From Flavobacteriales bacterium (GTDB lineage Bacteria; Bacteroidota; Bacteroidia; NS11-12g; UBA955), in assembly GCA_002737705.1 (NCBI GenBank), contig NSIM01000006.1, forward strand, positions 11,002 through 75,001: DNA of 64,000 nucleotides, written 5' to 3'. Shown here piece by piece: positions 28,820-39,620 of the stretch. Position numbers and translations under genes: made by a program. The notes under the pieces are model-generated. The model did no database searches and was not told the origin of the DNA. It was given only the letters and a program-made list of their open reading frames with translations. Every line of letters begins with the position of its first letter. Within the stretch, counting starts at the first letter, position 1.

Positions 28820-29845
28820 TTAGGCAGTCATCAAGAATTTAAATCTACCGATATTTTTTAAAGCAGTTCCAGTACCGCGCACAACCGCCCTAAGAGGGTC
28901 TTCGGCAATCTGAACACGCAGCTTTGTTTTTGCAGCAATGCGTTTGTCTAAACCACGCAGCAATGCCCCTCCACCTGTGAGCCAGATTCCATTGGCCAAG
29001 ATGTCTGCACTCAATTCTGGGGGTGATTGCTCTAAGGCACGCAAAACAGCTTCTTCCACTTTCATAATACTTTTGTCTAAACAACGGGCAATTTCACTAT
29101 AACTAATCAAAATTTGCTTGGGAATACCTGTCATCAAGTCACGGCCAAAGACAGCATAGTCTTCGGGTGGGGTATCCAATTCTTGTAAAGCCGAACCAAT
29201 ATGGATTTTTATTTTTTCAGCCGTACGCTCCCCAATCAGTAGGTTGTGGTCTCGGCGCATAAATTCTAAAATATCCAAATTAAATTCATGCCCTGCTACC
29301 CGGATACTTTCGTCGCATACAATTCCCCCCAAAGCGATAATTGCAATCTCAGTGGTTCCTCCACCAATATCAACAATCATATTGCCCTGAGGCTGGGTTA
29401 CATCAATTCCAATTCCAACTGCTGCAGCCATGGGTTCATGAATCAAGTATACTTCTTTGGCTCCACTTCGCTCCGCACTGTCTTTTACAGCACGTTTTTC
29501 GACCTCGGTAATACCTGAAGGAATACAAATTACCATCTTTAATTGTGGAGAAAACCAATGTTTTTTTTGATCCATCATTTTGATCATTCCACGAATCATG
29601 TGCTCAGCGGCTTGAAAATCGGCAATCACGCCATCTTTTAAAGGACGGATGGTTTTAATTCCTTCATTCTCTTTGCCAAACATTTGCATGGCATCTTTAC
29701 CAATAGCAATTACATTGCCTGTATTGCGTTCAATGGCAATAATACTGGGCTCATCTACAACAACTTTGTCTTTGTAAATTATCAAGGTATTGGCAGTACC
29801 CAAATCAATGGCCAATTCTTGGGTTAAAAAACTAAAAAAACTCAT
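28820..29845 (-). CDS. mreB: rod shape-determining actin homologue MreB
   Basis: Actin/Hsp70-fold motifs (IDLGTANTLI; DIGGGTTEIAI; NGIWLTGGGALLRGL). 341 aa. Confidence 0.95.
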   Translation of the reverse strand: MSFFSFLTQELAIDLGTANTLIIYKDKVVVDEPSIIAIERNTGNVIAIGKDAMQMFGKENEGIKTIRPLKDGVIADFQAAEHMIRGMIKMMDQKKHWFSPQLKMVICIPSGITEVEKRAVKDSAERSGAKEVYLIHEPMAAAVGIGIDVTQPQGNMIVDIGGGTTEIAIIALGGIVCDESIRVAGHEFNLDILEFMRRDHNLLIGERTAEKIKIHIGSALQELDTPPEDYAVFGRDLMTGIPKQILISYSEIARCLDKSIMKVEEAVLRALEQSPPELSADILANGIWLTGGGALLRGLDKRIAAKTKLRVQIAEDPLRAVVRGTGTALKNIGRFKFLMTA

Positions 29846-29914
29846 TTATTGGTATATTAAGTTGCAAAATAAAGACAAAATTGCGCAATCCGAAGTATGC
29901 AGGCGACTATTTTA

Positions 29915-32900
29915 TTAAAAATTCCACGACATGCACAAATGTTGGACTAGAGACTGCATTTTTCCTTCTTTAATACCCCAGGCAAATTCATAACGCAAGG
30001 GGGTTTTAAGAATTGTTGCAGACAGTCCCATTCCAATGCCAACGATGTATGGATTCCGTTTTGCTGTAACCGAAATACTGTAATCGGGCATATCGATTAT
30101 TTGGGTGTTGAAGGGATTGTCTGGATCTGCAGGGCTTGCATTTAAAAATGCGGTGCCGACATCCAAAAATGTGTACATGTCGAGTGACTGGGAGAATTCT
30201 TGTTTTAAAATGGTTTGTTTCAATAATTGATAGGGCCTAAAATGCAGGCTATTTTGAATTGCCAAAGAACCGGTCCCTATTCGCGCCCCATTGATAAAAC
30301 CTCGAACAAAGCCACCCTGTTGCTGATAAATATACTGACTCCCTAAAAAGGCTGGATGAATTTGGGTTTCCCACATATTATTGCTTGTCCAACCCTCAGA
30401 CCCGCCAACCCAAAAAAGAGTTTTAAGAGTCCCACGCGATAGGTTTAGGGCCACGTCCGACTTGAAGTTGATCCATTTATTGAATGATTTGTGAATTTTT
30501 GATCGAATATAAAGAATAAGCATATTGCCAGATTTAGAAGAATTGCTGGAATGAGTACCCCATTGAGCGGATGCTTCAGTTTCAATAAAATACCGCGTGT
30601 TGGTTGTAGGTTTTTTACTTGAATAAAAATGGTTCGCCCTACATTGAAGCCCATATAGTTCGTATTTTTTGTTTTGAAAATTTGCAAATCCTGGATTTGA
30701 AACCCTGCTAAAATTGAGGTCATTTTTACCCCAGGCACCCATAAAAAATTGTAAATTAGGAAGCCACCAATGCGACAATCCTAGGGTAAAAAGGGTAGTG
30801 GTATTTTTTTTGTTGGCATTTTCATTCAATTGATAATTTCGATTTCTTGTAATGAGTGATTGTTCTAATTGAAAGTGTGGCAATTGGATTGTTTGGCATA
30901 AACTAAGCCCTATTCGGCTGGCATCGACAGTGGATAAAAGCCCCATTGTTATTTGGTGTTTGTGTTTCAGATCCAATAGGCATAAACGAATTTGAGGGGT
31001 AAATGGAGAATTGTATACCAACGCTGGACCAATTTCTCGCATATAGGGCAACAAAGTATAATCTTGATTGCCAATAAATAGTCCTCCATTTGAGAGGTAA
31101 TAAAAATTGTAATTATACGATGAATCTGAGTTTCCACTGTAGATAGATTGAGATTTTTTTTGTAAACGACGAAGCCATGATTGCATTGGGAAAGATGAAA
31201 TATAATGCCAGGTGTCTTGGTTGTTTTGGCCTGGGATTTTGTCTAGTGTATGGGTTATATCGAAATTAGCAATGGTGGGTATATTGTCTCGAATGGCGTT
31301 GTTCTTGACCAGCGTTTCTAATTCTCCTTTGCTGTCAGAATTGAGGTCAAGCCGTCTAATGGCATTGGCTTTATTGGCAAAACTATATTCTAAAATATTT
31401 CCCAAAAGGGTCTTCGAAGAAAAGCTTTGGTTGTAAAAACTATTTTTTATTTCTGACTGCCATCGATAATCTGCGGTATTAGAAAACTGATAAAAACGAA
31501 GTCTCCACACTTCTCCTTGGCTTTGGACATAGCTAAACTTTCCTATACCCTCAGAAATCATTCCCCGAATAATAGGCTTGGTCGTAAGCGTATCCCTTCG
31601 CAAAATTTGTTCATCTCCCCCATTTATAGCAATAAATTTGAGGATGAAGGCGTTTTGAAGCGCTTCGATTCCAATGGAATAAAATCCTTGATTGAGGTCA
31701 TTGGCTACCAGGGCTGCGCGTTCATCATGAAGTATTGTTGATTTGCTGAAAACAAAATGGGGTTGGGATATTGATGATTGGCTGTAAAAATGACTTTGCT
31801 GCAACCCGTAGAGGCAATCAATCCAACACCCCTGAATCGATTCATTGGCCTCCTTGCGTTGGGCCCAAAAAATGGGAAGATTTGTTATGCCCGAAAGGGT
31901 GTCAGACCGCATCAATTTTGCTTCGAAGTTTCTTGTTTCAACAATGAATCTATGATTTTGTGATCGCATCATTTGAAATGTCTTACTGGCAGAAAGATTC
32001 CCAGTATTCAATAAAAAAGAAATGGGAAATTGTATCGTACTCAAAATACTGGGTGTGTGTGCAATATAATTCCATACCATTTTTCTTTTTATTGAATTGT
32101 ATATAGAAATACGCTGTTCGCCAATCGAAAACCATTCAATGGCATAGGATTCTGATTGTCCTATCTGAAATAGGTTTTTAATGGGTATTTTTTTGTATGG
32201 ATGAGTGAATTCAATTTCATTTTGAGAATAAATAGCGCTTGTATTTGACGGTGTTCTGGCAGTATTCCATTTTTCAAACGATTGGCCGGTTTGAAATTGG
32301 AATGCATCTTCTGCATTTCCTGTGTATTTTACGACAAACCACATCGCAGAGAAAACAGGTTTTCCATAGTTTATAAACAAGTCTCTCCAAATCTTTTTCC
32401 CATATACTTGTGCTCCCAATGGGTCGATTGCATTGGGTGATCGAAAAGCCCCCTGGCTCTCGAAATAGGTATACTCATCGGCGGCAGAACTATTCCATCC
32501 TTCGGCCAAGTATGCGCAAAATCCTTGAATGAACCAGGGCGGTAGTTTTTTGTATCCAACTTGTCTGATTTGTTGAGATACAGTGGTTCCATATAAAAAT
32601 TCTTTGATCAATGCATGTGCGAAACAATATTGCAATTGATCTTTAATATGCGAATATGCCGTATTGATATAAATTGGATAGGTATGTTCTTGGGCAAGGA
32701 TGGGCTTACTTTTCTGTCTTTCGATCCAAATTACATTGCGTCCAAGAGCCAAGTGATAATCATCTAAGTCTGTATAGAGTGACAATCGAAATTCTCCACG
32801 CAATGTATATCCGAGCAAGAGCTCCACGTCTTGTATTGTGCTTTCTGTAAAACCAAATATCGAATCGATGCATACTTTTTGGGCAGGTGCATGGTGATTA

Positions 32901-33019
32901 AAATCTGCCGGAATAATTAAGGCTATTCGGCCATAAATCAATTTGACTGGACCCTGTTCTGCCAAACTATAATGGGGAAATAATCCCAGCATAAAAAGGA
33001 CAACAAGTTTGCATATCAT
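29915..33019 (-). CDS. Omp85-superfamily outer-membrane beta-barrel protein with a large uncharacterised N-terminal region (~1034 aa)
   Basis: The C-terminal part carries the Omp85 loop-6 signature [14 protein letters not shown] and ends in an aromatic residue (…MSWNF), typical of a beta-signal. The likely start is the ATG giving [20 protein letters not shown] (a signal peptide). The track ORF begins 21 codons further upstream. No POTRA-like repeats are recognisable by eye. Confidence 0.55.
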   Translation of the reverse strand: MICKLVVLFMLGLFPHYSLAEQGPVKLIYGRIALIIPADFNHHAPAQKVCIDSIFGFTESTIQDVELLLGYTLRGEFRLSLYTDLDDYHLALGRNVIWIERQKSKPILAQEHTYPIYINTAYSHIKDQLQYCFAHALIKEFLYGTTVSQQIRQVGYKKLPPWFIQGFCAYLAEGWNSSAADEYTYFESQGAFRSPNAIDPLGAQVYGKKIWRDLFINYGKPVFSAMWFVVKYTGNAEDAFQFQTGQSFEKWNTARTPSNTSAIYSQNEIEFTHPYKKIPIKNLFQIGQSESYAIEWFSIGEQRISIYNSIKRKMVWNYIAHTPSILSTIQFPISFLLNTGNLSASKTFQMMRSQNHRFIVETRNFEAKLMRSDTLSGITNLPIFWAQRKEANESIQGCWIDCLYGLQQSHFYSQSSISQPHFVFSKSTILHDERAALVANDLNQGFYSIGIEALQNAFILKFIAINGGDEQILRRDTLTTKPIIRGMISEGIGKFSYVQSQGEVWRLRFYQFSNTADYRWQSEIKNSFYNQSFSSKTLLGNILEYSFANKANAIRRLDLNSDSKGELETLVKNNAIRDNIPTIANFDITHTLDKIPGQNNQDTWHYISSFPMQSWLRRLQKKSQSIYSGNSDSSYNYNFYYLSNGGLFIGNQDYTLLPYMREIGPALVYNSPFTPQIRLCLLDLKHKHQITMGLLSTVDASRIGLSLCQTIQLPHFQLEQSLITRNRNYQLNENANKKNTTTLFTLGLSHWWLPNLQFFMGAWGKNDLNFSRVSNPGFANFQNKKYELYGLQCRANHFYSSKKPTTNTRYFIETEASAQWGTHSSNSSKSGNMLILYIRSKIHKSFNKWINFKSDVALNLSRGTLKTLFWVGGSEGWTSNNMWETQIHPAFLGSQYIYQQQGGFVRGFINGARIGTGSLAIQNSLHFRPYQLLKQTILKQEFSQSLDMYTFLDVGTAFLNASPADPDNPFNTQIIDMPDYSISVTAKRNPYIVGIGMGLSATILKTPLRYEFAWGIKEGKMQSLVQHLCMSWNF

Positions 33020-33120
33020 GTAGTCTCCAATTTTTGCAGTGGGAATTCTCATTCTCATCCGAATATACGATAATTGCCACAAATTTTCACATTAAAGATT
33101 CTACTATTACCTTTGCGATT

Positions 33121-34350
33121 ATGCCAACTGAGACCAACCCACAGTATTTTATTGACCTAGAAAATCAATATGGCGCAAACACCTATTCTCCTTTGCCCGT
33201 TGTTATAGAAAGAGGTGAGGGTGTTTTTCTTTGGGATGTTCAGGGTAAACAATACATCGATTTCTTGTCGGCATATTCGGCAGTGAACCAAGGGCATTGT
33301 CATCCAATGATTATCGCTGCAATTCTAGAACAAAGTCATAGACTCACTTTAACATCCCGCGCTTTTTACAACAATGTGTTGGGCCCATTTGAGAGATATA
33401 TTACTGGCCTTTTTGGGTTTGACAGAGTATTGCCAATGAATACCGGGGTAGAGGGAGGAGAAACAGCCATAAAATTGGCAAGAAAATGGGCCTATACACG
33501 CAAAGGAGTCGCCGAAAACCAGGCTAAGATTGTCTTTGCGAGTGGAAATTTTTGGGGCAGAACCATTGCCGCGATTTCTACTTCACAAGATTCAGCGAAT
33601 ACCAAAGATTTTGGCCCATTTGTTCCGGGATTTACCATTGTTCCTTTCAATGATTTAATGGCATTGGAAGCGGTCTTTAAAGATTCTTCGGTAGCGGCTT
33701 TTATGGTGGAGCCCATTCAAGGAGAAGCGGGTGTTGTTGTTCCAAGCGATGGGTATATTGCGGGCGTTCGAAGATTGTGCACCCAATACAATGTATTGTT
33801 TATTGCCGATGAAGTTCAAACTGGATTGGGGAGAACTGGCAAAATGCTTTGTTGCGAGCACGAATTGGTAAAACCCGATATTTTGATTTTGGGCAAAGCA
33901 TTGGGTGGCGGAATGTTTCCTGTAAGTGCTGTATTGGCATCTAATGAGATAATGGGGGTATTACGACCCGGTCAACATGGATCTACCTTTGGTGGAAACC
34001 CATTGGCATGTGCTGTGGCTACGGCGTCATTAAAAGTGCTGGTTGAAGAAAAATTGGCAGACAATGCTGCATTCATGGGTGAAATTTTTCGCAAAAACTT
34101 GAGAAATATCCAGACGGAGATTATTACAGATATTCGTGGAAAAGGATTGTTAAATGCCATAGATATTAAGCCATTTGGCAATGGAAAAACCGCATATGAT
34201 GTTTGTTTGGCATTGAAAAACAATGGATTACTCGCAAAGCAAACCCGTACACATACCATTCGTTTTGCACCACCCTTGGTTATTACAGCGCAACAATTGC
34301 GATCAGCAACAGAGATCATCTCGCATACGATTGCTGAAATTTCGAAATAA
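33121..34350 (+). CDS. rocD: ornithine--oxo-acid aminotransferase (class-III PLP aminotransferase)
   Basis: Class-III aminotransferase with ornithine aminotransferase-like sequence ([15 protein letters not shown]; [15 protein letters not shown] with the PLP-Lys region; [13 protein letters not shown]). The start was chosen at the ATG giving [10 protein letters not shown], because the longer track ORF overlaps the divergent gene. Confidence 0.8.
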   Translation: MPTETNPQYFIDLENQYGANTYSPLPVVIERGEGVFLWDVQGKQYIDFLSAYSAVNQGHCHPMIIAAILEQSHRLTLTSRAFYNNVLGPFERYITGLFGFDRVLPMNTGVEGGETAIKLARKWAYTRKGVAENQAKIVFASGNFWGRTIAAISTSQDSANTKDFGPFVPGFTIVPFNDLMALEAVFKDSSVAAFMVEPIQGEAGVVVPSDGYIAGVRRLCTQYNVLFIADEVQTGLGRTGKMLCCEHELVKPDILILGKALGGGMFPVSAVLASNEIMGVLRPGQHGSTFGGNPLACAVATASLKVLVEEKLADNAAFMGEIFRKNLRNIQTEIITDIRGKGLLNAIDIKPFGNGKTAYDVCLALKNNGLLAKQTRTHTIRFAPPLVITAQQLRSATEIISHTIAEISK

Positions 34351-34381
34351 TATCTCGCTTTTATCTTATTTTTGTGCGATT

Positions 34382-34467
34382 GCTCGGGTGGCGGAATAGG
34401 TAGACGCGCAGGACTTAAAATCCTGTTTTCAGAAATGAAAGTACGGGTTCGATTCCCGTCCCGAGCA
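34382..34467 (+). tRNA. tRNA-Leu (anticodon TAA), type II with a long variable arm
   Basis: Perfect 7-bp acceptor stem GCTCGGG/CCCGAGC. Anticodon stem-loop CAGGA-CTTAAAA-TCCTG. T-arm ACGGGTTCGATTCCCGT. CCA is not encoded. Confidence 0.9.
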
Positions 34468-34470
34468 CAA

Positions 34471-35484
34471 ATGAAGAAGATTGGTCTATCAATCATTCTA
34501 TTGCTTGTTTTTTCATGCCGGTCACCACAAGATACGGGGAGGTTCATCAGTGAAACAGATACCACGTATTCTGCAGATGTTCGGAGTATTTCTGCTAAAA
34601 TAAATTTACATCCCCACGACCCTGAATTGTTTTATCGCAGGGGAAACACATTTTATTTTGAAGGAAAGTTTCGTGATGCGGGGTTTGATTTTGACCATGC
34701 CATTAAACTCAATCCCAAGCAGGCGCTGTATCACCTGAAAATTGCGGAATGTTTTATTTCGATGGATTCGGCAGATTCCAAAAAAACCCAATACCATTTA
34801 TTACAAGCCCTAGACATAAAACCTGATTTTACAGAGGCAAAATCTCTACTGGCCAAATTTTACTTGGCCCGTCAACAATACAAGGAGTCAATGATTCTTT
34901 ACGAAGAACTCTGTGGTATTTTAGAATACCAAGACAATGCTTTTGTAATGATGTCTTTGGCGTATAAAGAACAAAAAGATTCGATAGCAGCTGAAGCCAC
35001 TATTGATAAGGCACTTGCAATCAATCCAGAGAATTTTGATGCGGTTATGCAAAAGACGCTTTTTCTCATTGCAAAAAACAAATTGCCTTTGGCAATGCAA
35101 TGGGCACAGAAAGCCGTGCGCATGAACGAGTATAGTGACGAGGCAAACTACACATTGGGGCTTGTTTTTCAAAAACAAAATCGATTTGCAGATGCATTGT
35201 CATATTATTTGCGTGTACTCAAAATCAATCCCAATTTTATTCTGGCGTATTATAATTCGGCCGTGATTGAATCGTCTTTCGAAAATTTTTTAATCGGTAT
35301 TGAGTGGTGTGACAAAATACTTGCACTTGACCCAAATTATGCCAACGCGTTGGCGATAAAAGGATATTGCTATGAAAAGTTGGGCAATAAAAAAGAAGCG
35401 CTAGACCATTACCAATTGGCCCTCGAACTCAATCCCAATTTGATTCTGGCAGAGGAAGGAATAAAAATTATGAAAAAACCTTAG
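34471..35484 (+). CDS. TPR-repeat lipoprotein
   Basis: Lipoprotein signal MKKIGLSIILLLVFSC. Multiple TPR repeats (AYYNSAV, ALAIKGYCYEKLGNKKEALDHYQLALELNPN). The track ORF start at 34372 runs through the tRNA and is an artefact. Confidence 0.65.
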   Translation: MKKIGLSIILLLVFSCRSPQDTGRFISETDTTYSADVRSISAKINLHPHDPELFYRRGNTFYFEGKFRDAGFDFDHAIKLNPKQALYHLKIAECFISMDSADSKKTQYHLLQALDIKPDFTEAKSLLAKFYLARQQYKESMILYEELCGILEYQDNAFVMMSLAYKEQKDSIAAEATIDKALAINPENFDAVMQKTLFLIAKNKLPLAMQWAQKAVRMNEYSDEANYTLGLVFQKQNRFADALSYYLRVLKINPNFILAYYNSAVIESSFENFLIGIEWCDKILALDPNYANALAIKGYCYEKLGNKKEALDHYQLALELNPNLILAEEGIKIMKKP

Positions 35485-35939
35485 TGTTTTTTGAAGATAA
35501 TCTTTGAATACATATAATCTGTAGTCCCTCCAAAATTGTAGTAATATTTTCGACGAAGAATAATTTGCTCACCTGTCATTGATGAGATGTCCCAGAGGTT
35601 GGAGAACATCGTAACTTTTGTATCATTTTCACTAGCCATAGACCAAGATTGCTTTACAGTTAGCAAATCGGATGGGTTACATTTGGTATTGATGGTTATT
35701 TCAAATTGGTTGGTTGATATGAATGCGTAAACATCATCTTTCATGCAAGGCTCAATATTGTCATACTTATCCTGAAAGGAGCTGTCTAACCAAGAGATTA
35801 ATTCCCAGCTGTGCAACATAAAAACTTCTTGTTTGGTTTTTCCACTAATATCAATGGCGCCTTTATTGGAAGAATTAGAATCACAAGAACTTGCAAATAA
35901 TAGGGTCAATGCAGAGATCGTAAGCAGGATTTTTTTCAT
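35481..35939 (-). CDS. small lipoprotein, function unknown
   Basis: Lipobox MKKILLTISALTLLFASSC. 152 aa. Confidence 0.5.
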   Translation of the reverse strand: MKKILLTISALTLLFASSCDSNSSNKGAIDISGKTKQEVFMLHSWELISWLDSSFQDKYDNIEPCMKDDVYAFISTNQFEITINTKCNPSDLLTVKQSWSMASENDTKVTMFSNLWDISSMTGEQIILRRKYYYNFGGTTDYMYSKIIFKKH

Positions 35940-36362
35940 GGCTATTTTGAACCAAATATAAAGTTTTTTTGATGGCTTACCAATTATCTTTTAAAGTCTT
36001 GGATTACTTCAGCCGCCATTCAGAATCCGTCTTTCTGTAATTCTTTATGGAAACGGGCCGCTCTCTTTGGATTGCTGTTGTTTTGTTTTAGATGTGTATG
36101 TTTTTTTCTTTGCCATTTATGTCAACACTTGCTTTGGTTTGATTGTTTCAAGTTGCTAACGCAAAAATTAGCACTTCAATAATACTGAATTAGATTGTAT
36201 CTTTTGGTGTCTCAAATCCCAAAGTTTGTCGTGGTCTCTCATTGAACCACCTTCATCATATTTGATTGTTTTCTATACACGCAAGGATTAATTTTTTTTA
36301 GGTGTGACAGGGTCGATACAATTCATACATGCAAAGTTACAAACTCCATACTTTACCTTTGT

Positions 36363-38639
36363 ATGGTGTTTACAAGGCCTATAAAGTTGTGCGTCAGTTT
36401 CTGTATTTTTCTTTCGCTTGTATGGACATTGCATGCACAACCGACCCCCAATACAAAAAGATTTAATATTTTGGGTCCGGGAGCCCAACTTTTTTTAGAT
36501 TCTGTGTTGCGACAAAAATTTGTACCACAGTTTGATGGGTTTTATCATGCCCATGCAATTGTTGCAAATCAGTTCACGGGCAATAATGATTGTATTGTTT
36601 TGTCCGAATTACAAGATCCCGAGGAGATTGAAAATAAGATTGTCCATATACAATTTACCTTGAAAGGCTGGAATTTAATTCAAACGAGTACAGAAATACT
36701 GTATGTAGACGTATCTTCAAAACTCAATAGCCCAAGACCCCTCAATGACACAGCCAGAATCCATTCTAATGTTCATTTTGCCGAGGAGGGTATAAAAAAT
36801 GGCCTTATCCAGGATTATACCGGAAAAAATGTACTGATTGGCGTTGTCGATATTGGATTTCAAACAGATCATCCCACATTTTACAGTTCTGACGGAAACC
36901 AATACCGGGTAAAACGTTTTTGGAATCAACAAAAAACAGGCAATCCTCCCAGCCAATTCAATTATGGAATTGAATACAAGGACTCTAACGCCATTGTAGG
37001 CGCAGTAGACGATGATGGAACCCATGGTACCCATGTCGCAGGAATTGCCGGTGGTTCTGGTCTCGGATCACCAAACTTCAAATACCGGGGAATGGCTCCA
37101 ATGTCTGATTTGTCCTTTGTAGGTATACAATATACAAATGACACCCTTCCTGGAAGTGGACTGGGCGACTATATCGTGGCAAATCCTACAATTATAGATG
37201 GGTATAACTATATTTTTAAGTACGCAGAACAAAAAGGCCAGGCAGCAGTTTGCAATCTTAGCTGGGGTATGCATACCGGTCCACACGATGGAACTTCTTT
37301 GTTTGATCGTTCTGTCAAAGCACTGGTTGGATCGGGAAGAATTATCGTAGGAGCAGCCGGTAATGATGGCGGCAATCAAATGCATAGCCATAAGCAGCTT
37401 GATGGCGACACAGTTTATACATTGGCAATTGACAGAAATCGGCGTGATTTTCGGCGTGAAAATATCTTTACCGACATTTGGGGTGGAGTAAATGAGCGCC
37501 TTTCCATTCAAGTTGCCTTGGTTGATACCCTCGGCAATGAATTGCTAAAAAGCCAATGGAACCGCGCTGGAGATTGTGTGAATTGTGGTGCATATAAAAA
37601 TATACTAAGCAATGGTTTAGACACGATTTGGATTGTTTGGACCGAACAGAATTATGTGTTTAATAAAAAGCCAAATATGCTATTGATTGTGGAACACAAT
37701 CGACCGAATACCGGGTATATTCGATTGGGTATTACATCCTCAGGGGAGTACAATGCATGGAATTCGGGACAGGCCTATCGTTGGACTTCTGGAAGTTTCT
37801 TAAAGGGTCATAAGGGCAAATCGTTCGGTAAAAAATTTGTAGAGGGTAGCCCAGAAGGGTCGGTTGGCGAAAATGGGGGTTCAGGTACCCATACACTGAC
37901 AGCTGGGGCCTATGTTAACCGCAATGAGTGGACCAATTATAAGGGAGAGTATTTTTATCAACCATGGAACGAAGTGGGAAGTATTGCCGGATTTAGCAGT
38001 CGGGGTCCGATGCCCAAAAGCAAAGAATTTCCGAATGGCAGAATCAAGCCTGATATTATTGCGCCCGGCCAAATGATCGCATCTGCATTGCATCGCAGAT
38101 TGGTCCCTGGGTGGCTAAATAACGAACTGATATACAAAACACAATTCAAGGGAAATGATGTGTATTGGGCACTGTTTTCTGGTACATCAATGGCTTCGCC
38201 CCATGTAGCAGGAATAGTTGCCCTGTATCTTCAGGCCAATGAATGGCTTACACCCGCAGAGATTCGACAATTGTGGCGACTTACCGCACGCAAAGACAAG
38301 TATACCACAAACGATTCCAATGGAAACAGCGGCTATGGGAAGATCGACGCGTTTGAGACCTTAAAAATACTCGATCAATATGCAGGTCTTAAGCAACAAG
38401 ACAAAAAAGGGGGGTGGGCATACTTTCTAAAAAATGATCGGGAACTGGTAATATGGAATAGCAAATTCATTGAAAGTATTCAGGTCGAAATCTTTTCGAT
38501 AAACGGTGTAAGGGTATTGTCAAAAAAAGGCAATAATGAATTGGGGATTGATATTTCTGGGCTGTCCTACGGAATGTATTTTTTCAAGGCGCAAAACCTT
38601 GAAAGCCACGAGTCATTTTCAGCTACTTTTGTTCGCTAG
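36363..38639 (+). CDS. subtilisin-like serine protease (S8 family) with a C-terminal T9SS sorting domain
   Basis: Catalytic triad in Asp-His-Ser order (VLIGVVDIGF; GTHGTHVAGIAGG; GTSMASPHVAGIVALY). Signal peptide. The C-terminal ~80 aa (…IQVEIFSINGVRVLSKKG…GMYFFKA…) resembles a Por_Secre_tail domain. Confidence 0.85.
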   Translation: MVFTRPIKLCVSFCIFLSLVWTLHAQPTPNTKRFNILGPGAQLFLDSVLRQKFVPQFDGFYHAHAIVANQFTGNNDCIVLSELQDPEEIENKIVHIQFTLKGWNLIQTSTEILYVDVSSKLNSPRPLNDTARIHSNVHFAEEGIKNGLIQDYTGKNVLIGVVDIGFQTDHPTFYSSDGNQYRVKRFWNQQKTGNPPSQFNYGIEYKDSNAIVGAVDDDGTHGTHVAGIAGGSGLGSPNFKYRGMAPMSDLSFVGIQYTNDTLPGSGLGDYIVANPTIIDGYNYIFKYAEQKGQAAVCNLSWGMHTGPHDGTSLFDRSVKALVGSGRIIVGAAGNDGGNQMHSHKQLDGDTVYTLAIDRNRRDFRRENIFTDIWGGVNERLSIQVALVDTLGNELLKSQWNRAGDCVNCGAYKNILSNGLDTIWIVWTEQNYVFNKKPNMLLIVEHNRPNTGYIRLGITSSGEYNAWNSGQAYRWTSGSFLKGHKGKSFGKKFVEGSPEGSVGENGGSGTHTLTAGAYVNRNEWTNYKGEYFYQPWNEVGSIAGFSSRGPMPKSKEFPNGRIKPDIIAPGQMIASALHRRLVPGWLNNELIYKTQFKGNDVYWALFSGTSMASPHVAGIVALYLQANEWLTPAEIRQLWRLTARKDKYTTNDSNGNSGYGKIDAFETLKILDQYAGLKQQDKKGGWAYFLKNDRELVIWNSKFIESIQVEIFSINGVRVLSKKGNNELGIDISGLSYGMYFFKAQNLESHESFSATFVR

Positions 38640-39590
38640 GTATTGTTTGTATGCGTTGATATAGCGGTCTTTTTTCTGGTCGTATATGTCATCAATTGTA
38701 ATCATAATCCCGGTTTCTTCTACATTGCCAAAATGAGCATTTTTTGCGGTTCCAAAAATTTTCAAGGTAGAACTCAAACCCATATAGCTATTAAACATCG
38801 GGGGAATATTTTCACCCAGTTCTCGAACCCGAAGATTTAACAATTTGTGTCCATCTGTGAAGTCAACACCTTGTATAGAAGCCATGAAATCAGCACATTC
38901 AAATTCAATTTTAATGGAATTGTTTATTAGTACCAAATTTTTTGAATCGTGAAAATAATACTGTAAAAAATGTAAAATAGTGTCCCGGGCTTCCTTGTTA
39001 AAATCGGTATACATTGTTACTTTTCCAAAAAAATATTTGATTTCGGGGTTTAATACAACGAGCGAACCCAATCCATCCCATAAATTATCCAAGGAAAACA
39101 AACCTTTCCTGCTGGTAGAATTGGGTTGGAAGTGAGGCTGTACAAAAGAACGACCCAACTCTATCGTATAGGGGAAATAGTTTTTCTTTAGTTCTTCAGA
39201 ATAGGTAAAAATCTCAGAGGATGACAGTGCAAAATTCCCCTCTTTGTCTTCAGTATCTGAGCAACGAACATACCTATACCCACCCACCAGCTTTAATGCT
39301 TCAGGGTCCCAGACAATCAGTTGGCTATACCCAAATTCTCCCTTGTCATAGTTGTCGATATCAACCTTTTTACCAGTCCCTCCTCCAGCAGCCCTAAATG
39401 TGAGCTCACGCAATCGGCCTACCTCTAGCATTAAATTGGGTTTGTCTTTCCCTTTAAAAATATAAATATGATTCGATCCATTTTTTGTTGGACGAACAAA
39501 TATGTCTTCAGTCAACTCAGACAATATCCCCTTGAGGGGAACAGGCTTAATGATAGTTTCTACCATAAAAACAAATAGATGTTGAGACAA
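38619..39590 (-). CDS. GNAT-fold N-acyltransferase of the OlsB/GlsB type ('hemolysin-like'), N-acyl amino acid synthase
   Basis: LRELTFRAAGGGTGKKVDIDNYD and the overall ~300-aa architecture match Acetyltransf_5-type lipid N-acyltransferases. It lies immediately downstream of a PlsC-like acyltransferase. Confidence 0.55.
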   Translation of the reverse strand: MSQHLFVFMVETIIKPVPLKGILSELTEDIFVRPTKNGSNHIYIFKGKDKPNLMLEVGRLRELTFRAAGGGTGKKVDIDNYDKGEFGYSQLIVWDPEALKLVGGYRYVRCSDTEDKEGNFALSSSEIFTYSEELKKNYFPYTIELGRSFVQPHFQPNSTSRKGLFSLDNLWDGLGSLVVLNPEIKYFFGKVTMYTDFNKEARDTILHFLQYYFHDSKNLVLINNSIKIEFECADFMASIQGVDFTDGHKLLNLRVRELGENIPPMFNSYMGLSSTLKIFGTAKNAHFGNVEETGIMITIDDIYDQKKDRYINAYKQYLANKSS

Positions 39591-39620
39591 AAATACACAA
39601 ACATTAACATTCTCCTATTT

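Noticed and set aside
33972-34565. A 197-aa minus-strand ORF spanning the 3' end of rocD and the tRNA-Leu gene
   Set aside because: It reads through a well-formed tRNA and the end of a conserved aminotransferase. It is an artefact of the long open frame.
36288-36488. A 66-aa minus-strand ORF overlapping the start of the S8 protease
   Set aside because: It overlaps the signal-peptide-encoding start of a well-supported gene and has no features of its own.
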